Shown: piece by piece, positions 1 through 10,807 of the stretch
Layout of the letters: each line of letters begins with the position of its first letter
How positions within the stretch are numbered: position 1 is the first letter of the stretch
NCBI GenBank assembly: GCA_002633005.1
Contig: NMRA01000532.1
Span: 66,586-105,116 of the forward strand
DNA: 38,531 bases
Direction of reading: 5' to 3'
DNA from: Phoronis australis
Taxonomy: Eukaryota > Animalia > Phoronida
Position numbers and translations under genes: made by a program
Notes under the pieces: generated by a model
What the model was told of the DNA's origin: nothing
What the model saw: only the letters and a program-made list of their open reading frames with translations
Database searches by the model: none

Positions 1-165
1 ATGGACAGTCGCCGATACATGCACAGTTGATATGCGGACAGCACAGTACACAGCACAGTGATCAACCAGAACGACCTGGAATTCCCCAACATGATGACAG
101 AATTAGCGGTTATGACCATGAATTCCTCGCCCATCTGCCAAACTACTTCGGGTGGTTGTCGTGAA
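1..165 (-). CDS. Probable exon of a neighbouring divergent gene, running off the window; encodes a hydrophobic signal-anchor-like stretch
   Basis: Minus-strand acceptor atttcacag| at 166; open frame SRQPPEVVWQMGEEFMVITANSVIMLGNSRSFWLITVLCTVLSAYQLCMYRRLS; GC content higher than the flank. Confidence 0.45.
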
Positions 166-429
166 CTGTGAAATGGATTTACATGAAATTACGAGTTACC
201 AAAATAAGTATTTTTGGAGCTAAAATTTTTGGCAAACTGGGACTCCCAAAGACACACTTTTATGAAAGTCTCATGCAGGTGTAGAAATTAAATGTGGACA
301 CTACGCAAAGTGTGAACATTTGAATGTCAAAATTTGTAAATTTGGGCTCTTGGCATTCGGCCAAACTTGCCTGTGAAACCTTCTAAGTATGATTAGCACT
401 AAAGGTACGTGTAAAAGAACTCCCTGAAC

Positions 430-588
430 CTCAGTTCATCTGTACTATGCACATGCATAGTTGATGGCAGGCAGGTGTCATTCTTTGGTGCAGTCAATAC
501 GCCACTAGTCGATGAGGGCAAGCGTAGATGCATGCAGTCCATTGGCTGACCGTCCATGACAGGCGGCGATGTTCACAAAGATCCGAAC
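430..588 (-). other. Probable upstream exon (5' UTR, or first coding exon from ATG at 557) of the same minus-strand gene
   Basis: Strong acceptor tttttctttctttag| at 589; gcctgtcATGG at 557 opens MDGQPMDCMHLRLP...; donor ambiguous (430, 409 or GC donor at 371). Confidence 0.4.
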
Positions 589-3500
589 CTAAAGAAAGAA
601 AAATCAAAAATGATCAATTAATTTCAAGTTCACAATTATTACCTTACTCATTCACATGAACATTGGTGCACAGTTGAGCACTCAAATTGAGACATTTAGA
701 AATTAGCTAGTGGTCATAAAGCTGAGCAAGGCTGTACTGAAATACAGAACTTTTGAGAAAAGTTGAGTTTCTTGAACAGGACGTCGTGATCTCTTTTGCC
801 CTCAAGCATTTCTATATGTGTTGGCATAAAAAATAGAAACCATTTCATAACTTGTTTACTGTGCCATTACCAGCATGAATAATTGTCGAGGCATGCTGAT
901 ATGATACCAATTGGTCCTTGTTACCACCAATAATTGACTGACATCGATGACACATACATTTTGGAAACTAAAATCTTGTGGGATTCATGTTTGACTGAGA
1001 ACACCTTTAAGTATGTCCCACTTATGTATATTAGATGTGGGCGCTAAGCCACACGTGTGCTATAATGGTGCAGATTTAGAAATTTTGGTCCTCAGAGAGA
1101 TTACACAATCTTTGCTTTCATTTTTTGATCATGTCTGTTTCAGGTGAATGACCATTACAAAGAAGCAAAAATACAACAGACATGGCCCACCTTTATCTTG
1201 GTTGAACTCTGCAACATTGATCATCGCATACCCGAGGCAAAATAGATTGCGATAAAAGTGGTTTATCATTTGCGGGTTCAGTATACTGTACATGCTTGCT
1301 CAGCTGGCAATCATCTGTCATCAGTGGGCTGGACTAACAAATATAATTAGCAGTATTGTGGGAAAAGGCTTTAAAGTAACATTTAGCAATTGAAAATTAA
1401 TGCTGACTGGCTCTTAAGCAATAATGTGCGCAGGCAGTTTTCAGTCGATAAATGAAACATTTCCAACTTCAATTAAACTTAAGGATATCTCCAACCTTAT
1501 TCATAAAAAATGCATTTTTACAATATTTCACTTGTGTAAAGCAAAATACCTTATCTTCATTCTCGGGGAATTTCAAATACAAATTATATACTGCGTAGCG
1601 AGAAAAAAAAGATTTAGCAGAACCACCTTGGAACCGCACAACCGCATGGATATTTGTTTACTACTTATCCAAGGTCAAAGGTTACTGAAATGGCTTTCAA
1701 CTAAATCGAATATCCTGCCAGGTACAGAACAACTTCGTATACCCTTCATCCTCTCATTCACAAAGTCGCCATAACCTTGAGCGCCGGGGAAACAAACTTA
1801 AGACAAAACTTAGTTTTAATCCCAAGGGATTTGTGCTTCTTTTTGCATTTGACTGTTGACGTTGAAAACGAATGCTAGGAGTCACCTCAGGCCTCTGTGG
1901 TCATGAACACAGAAAGTTGTGAAAAGAGATAAATCCTCACCCTAATTCCTTAATTCAATTAATAAGTTGACACTTCGATGTTTCGATCTCATGCTAACGA
2001 CATATTTTGACCACCGAACCGATTTTTGTTCATTTCTTACTTGGTTTCGTATCAGTTTCCCAGCACGTGTCGTAGGCTATGAACTGTGACCTACTTTGAA
2101 AGTAGGTCGTAAGCAACAGCAAAAGTTGGCTGGGACAGATACGTCTGTTAGAGAATTTAGTGATAATTAAGTTAAATATGCACTGCAAAATCACTTCACA
2201 TTGCGAGTGAACATTGAAATAGGTAACGTAGTTAAGGATCGTATTGGTTATGTGTACCGAAAACAAGTTTTCACCGAATAATTAACAGAAGTCTTTGAGA
2301 TTTTCACTTGTCCCAGTTTAATCGGCTTTTTAGGCTTCGGCAAATCGACTTTTTGAACTTAGGAATATTAGTTCTCGAAGACGGCTTGACGGATTTCGCT
2401 GAAACTGAATACATATGTGACAAAGCGAAAACGACTTCAATTTTTTTACAAAAATACTTTACATTTTGCGAGTTGATTTGTCATAGAAACCAAACGAACT
2501 GACTAATCGAAAATTCCTAACAGTTTTTTGAGGTAACTGGTGAAGTTTTCATTTAAAAAAGGTTTCATTAAAATCGACCAAGGGATTATTTTGTTATGGA
2601 TGTACCTTTCTTAAAAATGAAATTTTGACTTAAAAAAGGGATTTTACGTAAAATTAATAATGGAACCTACAAAAAGTATATTTATATTTCCTGGTCTTTG
2701 TTCTTTCAGAAAATATTTACTTTTACTAGTTGACACAGCTTACTTTTTTGATATACGAGTTAGAATGGAAGCCACTAAATAAGGTTGGAGCTAACCTTAA
2801 AATTCTTTTATAAATAGATATTTGGTAAACCTGGTGCTCCGGTGTTACCACCAGATGTGTGAAGGAGTGATGGTTTTCGCCGTCTAGCCTCAAACACTAG
2901 GGATTTGACCTATATTAAATCATAAATGACTTACAGAATGATCCTCTGGCTCCGGCGGCCGGTGGGATGCACTCGATGGTGGGTTAATTCGTAGATAATG
3001 TCGTCCTTTGGAGGGCAATCGGTTCCCTTACGGAAAAGAAAGTAGGAAAAACCATGACTGAGAATCCACAGAGAGCTGAATCAGTTTACTTTATTCAGTG
3101 GATGGTGGGAATTCCAGGCATAGTTACTTCTTTAATGACCAATGATTTGACGTAAGTGAACATTTTGTGGCCATTGAATGACAATTTGAAATTGCAGAAA
3201 GAATCCAGTGAGAACTTCTGAACGCTCATTGGCCGTTTTAATTGTGTGGAAATTTTCAGTTGGACCAGGTTTTCCAAATCGAAAATGAAATGATACCAGG
3301 AAATTAGCAGTTGATATTAAGAAAAGTGATAAAAATTGTATTGAGAAATTGCTAATCTGAGAGGACCGGGCTGAGGTTGACAGCGTGTTAATAAACATTT
3401 TTAGTACAATCCATTCATCTTTGAACTGTAGAGTGCATGATGGTTATATAGAATGATGTCTTCATCCTGTGTCGGCTGCTGAGTTTTTAGTATTTTTTGC

Positions 3501-4199
3501 ACCATTAGTGTATAATGATCAAATTGTTTAGATTTTAACCCCACTATATTTTAACCATCCAAATCACTACATTCCGAACACTTAGCCTTCACAGTGTTAA
3601 ATACTAAGTCTTCTGACGATATGTAGTTTAAAATGCAACCAATAAGGAAGTCGGTGTTATCAGGTCGGACAATAATCCTGAGTTCATGCAGTTACCTTGC
3701 TCCAGTCAAATTTCAAGATAAACACGCAGAGCAGTCAGTAGCTTTGAATTGTCATATAAACTCAAAGGTTATGGATGCTGTAGAACAAAATTACAGATCT
3801 CGGAATCAACTGAAATTTTCACTTACTAGCTATCAGTTGTTTCGGAAAGGTAAGCGAGGGATTCTCAATGATGAGGTCGATAGGTCAAAGGTCAGGTCAT
3901 CCTCTATCGGTGGATATTCTTCAATCACAAGAGTATTGTACTTGGAGTTGTAACATCCCATCCTAAGGAATTTCTCTCCATCCCTGAAACAGTAATGAAA
4001 ACCTGAAAAAATGCTTTCAGTATTTTTCCAGGAACTTTTAGGGAATATCAGCGAGTAACAGCAATTAAGCAATGTTTGGTCAAATCATAATTTTCAAACA
4101 GCGTAGTGCTCTGAGTCCCAAACATGTGTGGTAAAAAATGTCCAGTTTGGGAAAGTCTTGGAATTTCGGTCAATGATATGACTAACAGTTTCATAAACA

Positions 4200-4610
4200 T
4201 TCATCAAGATCTTGGTAGTGAAATAAATTTCGTATCTTTTTTGAAAAGTGTTACAGACAAAGGTTCAACTTTCAATACATTATGCTTTTTGGCTAAAAGA
4301 ATGATCATATTCAACAGTTCATTTACTATTCCAGCTTATTACCAAATATAACAGATATATCGGATTCCACGTTTTTACATTAATATAATATTCATCTATT
4401 TTTTCCCAAAAAGTCTTGTAAAAAAGTGCAATCCTAAAATAAATGTTCTTAACTTTCAGATTCATTCCTGTAAAAGGTACATTGGTCAATAAGGAGAACT
4501 ACCAGTTCGCATTAAAAAGTTATTAGTTGTTAAAATTCTGTGCACAGTTCTCATTTCAAAATGCATGACTAATAACATTTGAAGAACAAAAAACAGAAGT
4601 TTGGAAACAC
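4200..4610 (-). mobile_element. Decayed L1/Tx1-like LINE ORF2 C-terminal fragment (zinc-binding region)
   Basis: Minus-strand translation with stops and frameshifts: FEMRTVHRILTTNNFLMRTG...DQCTFYRNESES*EHLF*DC...IFG...NELLNMIILLAKKH, resembling the HRIL.TN / CxxC..E..EHLFWxC / N.IILLAK motifs. Confidence 0.75.
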
Positions 4611-4688
4611 AAATTCCATTCGGTCATTGAACTTGCAAAACCAGAATGTGGGCGGATGCATCTTTCTGCTGCATCTGGCAGATTTTCG

Positions 4689-5332
4689 CCCATCTTTACA
4701 GTTCAACAAATATGTAGGCTAAATTTTGTAATTATCCATATCTGTAATAGTTTAGTTTGTCATAATATATATTACCTTTTATCTCATCCTCACGTGTTGT
4801 TTCACTGTAAACTAGCTTCGGTATCGCAGTTAGCACATATAAATATTATGTAAGTATTAAATTATTTGATGTTGGCTATGGTGCTTCGTCCTCATTATCA
4901 TATGGTTTGGATTCTCGGGTTGGTTCAATTGTACCACGTGATCTATTTGTCTTGTCGCAACACTGGGCCATCGTCCACAATTCTCTTCCAGTTTAGAGTT
5001 TTCAGTCAATTTCTAGTTCCCTCCCTCCCTCAAACCAATTTTCTTTCCTTCCCTGTTTACGCTTATTTTTCCCATGTCGCTGTCCCAGTGTTACTTCCGC
5101 ATATTGTTAATTATCTTTCTAGTTCAACACTTGTGTATACCTTCATTGTACCTCCAATAGTGCTGTTTGTACGGCAGATTGTCACCCACCTTTACAGCTC
5201 AACAAGTGTATAACTTTTGTAATTATCCATATCTGTAGTAGTTTAGTTTGTCATAATATATATGTCCTTTTTATCTCACCCTCACGTGTTGTAAACTAGC
5301 TAAGGTATCGCTTCACAGTTAGCGCATATAAA
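4689..5332. repeat. ~150-bp imperfect direct repeat (4689-4843 and 5185-5332)
   Basis: Both copies contain TTTTGTAATTATCCATATCTGTArTAGTTTAGTTTGTCATAATATATAT...CTCACGTGTTGT...GTTAGCrCATATAAA. Confidence 0.85.
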
Positions 5333-5409
5333 ACCATTTTTCTAATTTTTGGTTTTTGAAATAAAGTTGCCAGAAAAATACATGTATCCATCCTAAGTAG
5401 ATTTCGAAT

Positions 5410-6095
5410 TTTTCATCAAAAAATTGCCAAGCTGCTACAAAAGCAAAACATCGTCACTAAGGGACGACACAATAATCGGACCCATCCGAAAGTCAATGAT
5501 GTTAGTCGTGGCATTGTCATCAGCAACACATAATTATGTAAATATTTATAATATCCTTTGAACGGTCTGGCTAAGACAGAGAGGCTGACAACAGGAAGCG
5601 AACGCATAAATAACAAAAATGGTCATAAAGTGGCGTAAAATTCGTTGAATCCGTCCAAAAATGGAACGGCATCACATTCTCTTTAAACACCTATTTTCAA
5701 ATTTTATGAGAATCCATTATGGAAGTTCCATGGTACAGAGGAAAACGTAAAAACCTAAAACTGCCTCTAGATCGTTCCCAAAGTCGTTGCCATCTGTTAT
5801 CAGGAACACACCTGCCAAATTACAGTAAGATTCTGTAAGAGGTTTTAGAGATATACAGCGCATGACGGATGTAGAGAGATGACGACAATACGCACCTACT
5901 TGTAAATACACGAGCAACGCAGAGCGCTGAAATGTGGCCACGAATGCACCACAAATGGTGTGCTTGCAGGGTTGTTTATTTGTTTCATAAAAATGGCCAA
6001 TAGATGGCGCAAAAACGTCCAATCCATCTGAAAACGGGAACATGCCATCGCTTCTTTAATAGAAAGCTATTCTATCAAATGTTATTCCCACCAAA
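5410..6095 (-). mobile_element. Two abutting fragments of the Helentron/HINE-like family (junction at ~5907)
   Basis: 5760-5905 resembles 18330-18522 (element head); 5908-6075 resembles 16749-16910 (element tail). Confidence 0.75.
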
Positions 6096-6275
6096 TACTG
6101 CATTCTTCTAATTTGAAACCAGTTTGAATCTAATTTTTTAAACAATGCTAGAACTAGTAACTTACCCTACAAACAGCTAAGTTCATGCGAATGTATGGAT
6201 TGGAAACTGCAATATGATATCTATAACTGTCCAGGAGTAGTGTCACCATATTTGAGGGGTTTTTTCAGCCCAACG

Positions 6276-6380
6276 CTTAAGCCAGCCTAAGGCAGACTGT
6301 GACAAACCCGTCGTAATCGATTCACAAATTAATGCTCGTGGATTGGGTTAGCTGCAATACTAAAGAAAATCTATCTGCCA
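6276..6380. repeat. Dispersed repeat; inverted copy at ~19482-19570
   Basis: GCTTAAGCCAG...ATTCrCAAATTAATGC.GTGG...CTAAAGA.AA.CTA shared with the reverse complement of 19482-19570. Confidence 0.6.
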
Positions 6381-7919
6381 ATTAATTTTTCTTATATTGA
6401 ATAGATTTTTTAATTCAAAGACAGAAGTCCCCCATGGGTCTGAGTTCTCAGTTCCCGCCGGTTTCAATAACCGCTTATCGTTGGGGTGATGCAAAATTTG
6501 GCGAAAAGATTCTGATCATTTGCTACTGTTTTATCAGTAGCCTGTGCTCTTAGGTGAAATTACCCTGGGCGCTTTTTCAAAAGAATTGACTTTTTTGTGG
6601 ACCAATCATGCGAAGAGGTAAAATGTTAGGCAGAAGAAACTATAAAAACAACTACTGGTTACAAACAACGGTATTTTGAGATGCTTAGAATTGATGACCA
6701 TGTTTCAGTAAAATTAAAAAATGTCCACGGCATGATCGTAGAAATTTTCACTGACACTTATTGCCATTAGGATCCCATTCATACGATTACGACAATTTCG
6801 TCGTTTTTCTCCGTTCAAGATATTGTTCTGCGTGGCCTTTTTCGCCTTAATTTAAATCGTGGAAATCTATTATCAGTGGCTTTACGTTATTGTTGAATTA
6901 ATTCTGGTTTTTACTCTACAAAAAGTTTTTAGCAGTACGACATTTTCTGCATTTTGTCTAGTCTTTCATGTATTTTGGATTTGAGAGCCTCGGATTAATT
7001 CTTCTCGTAGCGCTGACGTAGTCCAACAGTCGTCATGTCTCGCCTTTAAACTTTAGGCAGAAAGGACTATTTAAACCTCTACAATGCTCACGAGCGATAA
7101 CATGTATTCTAGACATGGTTTTCAATAAATTTCAATGATGGTTACCATTATTGTGGCAAAAAAATAACATTTAAAAGTTGCTGTGTTGGTTCACGTTTTG
7201 TGATGAAGCCCTATCAAAATATGTAAACCATTGACATTTTGCAGGAACTCAAGCTAGTAAATATTTTGAAATAGAATTGCCAATTCAACAATTCAGCGAT
7301 AACTAACAACGTTATATCTTAAAGCAAATGTTTAGCCTTGAATTCCGAAGCGTTCGGGGTTTAAAAACATTAAAAGGCTCACCCGATCTTGATTTACTAC
7401 CTAAAGAGTTGACAACAAAACTTTATAATGATAAGAAAATCCGCAGTTTAAGAAAAAGAACATATTGATCACAAACACATAGAGTCAAAATTCAATCACA
7501 CATTTCAAAACTGTCTCACTTGAAAGACATCTTTGTTCAGCTTTTTCCATCCTTACCAAACTTTTTACTTTTGCTCACCTAAATGGACGATTATTGAGGG
7601 TCACACCCCAAATACCCCAAGCATATGTCCTGCGTCTTTATGCCTTTTCTTGTCAATTATCAGTGTTTGCTTGGCGACCGTTTTCGAAAAAACATAACGT
7701 CGATTTAACACATGTTATAAAAAGAGAGTACTTACTTTGTGATGGATCCACAAAAGCTGTTGAAGAAATCTATGAAAGTCATTCTCACTTGTTCAGGCAC
7801 TCCACACAAGTAGTAATAAGGTTTCGTATATCACAGTAGTAGTAGTTAGTAATCGCACTTTTCCCTTGTCTCAATAGCAGTGGTTTTGTGGTTCGAATAG
7901 CAATATTCAGTTGAATCTC

Positions 7920-8148
7920 ATTGGCGGGAAATACAAAAGTCACGTGACAAGTGGCTTCGGGCATTCACTCCCCGTTGTTCTATTAGATGCACTCAGTGAG
8001 CAGTGCCGACAAACACAGTTAGCCCACGTCCACCATAGTTACCTCTTGCTAAGTTTCACTGAGCGCAAACAAAAAATGGAATGAAGTCCCCAGCATGCGA
8101 ACCACACGAACAGGCTCTTTTGAATGGAGTTCCCGATGTGGCGCCAAA
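7920..8148. promoter_or_regulatory. Candidate regulatory cluster: ATTGG/E2F-type TTGGCGGGAAA (7921-7931), palindromic E-box GTCACGTGAC (7939-7948), GCGCCAAA (8141-8148)
   Basis: Exact matches to known consensus motifs, close together, between the two divergent genes; no functional evidence. Confidence 0.3.
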
Positions 8149-8299
8149 GTATCACAAAAGGCCTTAGGGGGAAGAGGAGAATAATTCATGGAGCATCAAC
8201 TGTGAGCTTTATTCGTGTGTCAGATTGCTTCTGGGTGCCGCAATTATTTACATAATATAACTGCCATAAGGCGGTTTGAGGGGGAGGGGGGGGGGGGCA

Positions 8300-8366
8300 N
8301 NNNNNNNNNNNNNNNNNNNNNNNNNNNNNNNNNNNNNNNNNNNNNNNNNNNNNNNNNNNNNNNNNN
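8300..8366. other. Assembly gap (67 N) flanked by poly-G tracts
   Basis: Run of N in the sequence. Confidence 0.99.
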
Positions 8367-8522
8367 GGGGGGGGGGCAGAAGTAGCTAGCTGGAGGGAAA
8401 ACGTTGGACAATGAAAAAAATGGTGGGCTAAGAAATTCATTCATGTTGTGGAGCATTTCAGTTGTGAAAAAGTGTTTCATGAGGACTAGCTGACGGTGAT
8501 AAATTTGCCTTGTACGCTTTAA

Positions 8523-8672
8523 CATGGGTGGCGCACCATACAGGGCTGGGGGGCTGGGCTATAGCCCCACTTTTTCAGTACTCCGGCGCCCATGGTCTAT
8601 GGGCGGTGCACCACAAGGAGGCTTGGGGGGGGGGCTATAGCTCCCACTTTTTTCAGTGCTGCGCCGCCCATG
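8523..8672. repeat. Two tandem ~72-bp GC-rich mini-elements with terminal inverted repeats (MITE-like)
   Basis: Each unit starts ATGGG(C/T)GG and ends CGCCCATG; shared core GGGCTATAGC.CC(C)ACTTTTT(T)CAGT. Confidence 0.65.
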
Positions 8673-9714
8673 TTTAACTGTGGGTTTTCTTAGCATTATT
8701 ATAACTACCGTTCTACGAGGTCGATTCTAGTATCACCGACTCAGATCTTGAAAAAACATGTGTTCATACATCCTGGTGATTTTTTTCAAAAGGTTTTATT
8801 TCAAATTATTCAGGCCAATATTTTTAAAAAGCATCATCTACATTTTGATCCATAATAACCCGTTTTTGGTTCACATAGGTAAAGTAAAAAAAAAAAAGTT
8901 TTAAAACGGTGCAAATTAAAGGTCGAGAAAAACTGTTGATAACATTTTTGTAAAAATTGAACATCTCTATCAGAAGACTGTCTTTTCACTTTTAAAGAGG
9001 TTTCCACCAAAATTGGAGCGCAGAAATGTGGCAAATTTTGCTCATTTTTTGTGTTTAGCTATTTATGAGGTGCTTTGGGGACCAAATAAAGGGGTGCTGG
9101 TGATTTCAATTAATATTTTCTTGTCAGTTTTCTGTATGACTAGGAAACTAAAAGAATTAAAAACTGGGCTGTTTGTTTCCAATTAGCCCGGGTGGAAAGA
9201 CCATAGTTTACCATAACGTTTTTGATTACGGGTATTTGGCAGTTGTAACTAGTGAACCTCATCAAGGTGCTTCATTATTTTTTGCAATTATATTTCTATG
9301 ACTATGACAATGGTGGGCGTCTATCTTTATCATTTGACTACTGCTGGCCCCCCTTGTGGTTTCTATAACTTGATTTCTTCAGTGAAATTTCATAAATTTG
9401 GTCAAATTGTTTTATACCCAATTAACAGTGGCACACGCATGTTTTCGAATGATTCTAACCTGTGCTGTCCCACCACATAATTATTTAACTTGTGCCCCCC
9501 CCACCTCCCCTAGCTGATGCTGTGCCCTCATAACGTCCAGTTGTCAGTGTTTCCGGCTATCTACTCACAACCCAGTCGAGGTGAGGGTTTCTTCCCGTGT
9601 TACACCGGATAGGGTTTCTCATGGTACTTCTATACCTCGCCTCATTTTCGGGTCGGTGGAAATTCCTGAGAAAACCACAATGATTTGTTGCACAGGTTTT
9701 CCTTGCATCCATGG

Positions 9715-10095
9715 TCCGATTACCGGTGTACCCCCCTTAGTGGAAATTTTATATTTTTTTACGTTTACATGTACCTCTGCATCTTCAAAGGACCTCAACA
9801 TATTTATAAAATTAGGCATATTGGCATCTATTAGTGAGATGAGGCTATTTTCCCATTTTGGGGGTGGATTTGACGTAGTTTGCGCCACCTAGTGGCCCTT
9901 TTTACTGTTTTTGAGTCTGTTTTTTGGCGTCCACCCTTCTTTAAACCAAACTGCTCTATCGATGATTGTGAAAATTGGATTGTATGTTCATATTATGGAA
10001 AGGATCTCTGACGATGATTTTCCGATGACTTCGACAAGTGTGGCGCCTCCTAGTGGTAGTTTTGTATTTTTTCGCTGTATTTCCTAAACCGCTCT
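9715..10095 (+). mobile_element. Internal fragment of the Helentron/HINE-like family (three repeat subunits)
   Basis: Reverse-complement similarity to ~17530-17900, including TGCGCCACCTAGTGGC (9881-9896) and GGCGCCTCCTAGTGG (10042-10056). Confidence 0.85.
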
Positions 10096-10155
10096 TTAAC
10101 TGTAACATGTACATGTATATTCACTGGCGATGACTGTAATAAGTGAAATTCTTGA

Positions 10156-10807
10156 TACCTGTAATACCTGTAATACCTGTAATACCTATCACGGACCATT
10201 GGGATCTTTTGGTGCATCTCCATGACAGCAGAAGGCGAAGAGATGCAAGGCTGACGTTGACTATCATCGTCTAATTTGACAACAATCGGGCACGGCTGCT
10301 AACAGTCACAACATGGTCATAAGTAATACTGGCTTCGAGCAGTCGGCTACCGTCGTTGAACTCAGCCAGTTGGAACGAAGTCTGCTCGAAGGTGCGTTGA
10401 GCCAGCAGCTAAACATCAGCTGGAGCAGAGGGGTTGGTTGGTGGTGCATGAGTCTGCACGCTCATTAATCAAGACGCCGGCGTGGCCAGGTACGAAAGAC
10501 CAGATCACTTTATGATGAGAGTGGTGTGATCGGAAGACACCCCAGTTGGCTGGGAGATTTGGAGACTGAACTTTCATCACTGCCATACAATCGGTGGCAA
10601 AGATAATGGTGTGGTTCTCCAGGTCTAGGTGTTATAGCTTAATAGGACACGTTGTATAGCCTCAAACTCCATCCTTGTACTACTTGTGTATGCATGGTGG
10701 CAGCCACTGCCTTCCACAATGACGTTGTCAGCACAGAGTATTTGGTATCTACATCCCGCACGGTTAGTTGCACCATCGAAGGATCCATCTGCTGCTACTA
10801 TGATGGC
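10156..10807 (-). mobile_element. 5'-truncated non-LTR retrotransposon encoding an RNase H domain (I group, possibly Ingi-like), frameshifted
   Basis: Minus-strand translation VAADGSFDGATNRAGC...TSSTRMEFEAIQRVL / TIIFATDCMAVM...VIWSFVPGHAGVLINERADS; (CAGGTATTA)n 3' tail at ~10156-10187; 11-bp direct repeat GAAATTCTTGA at 10145-10155 and 10808-10818. Confidence 0.88.

Noticed and set aside
2857-3060. Possible tRNA-derived SINE head
   Set aside because: Only vague A-box-like similarity; no B box, cloverleaf or second copy in the window
8186-8525. Poly-proline ORFs
   Set aside because: Produced by poly-G tracts and the N gap
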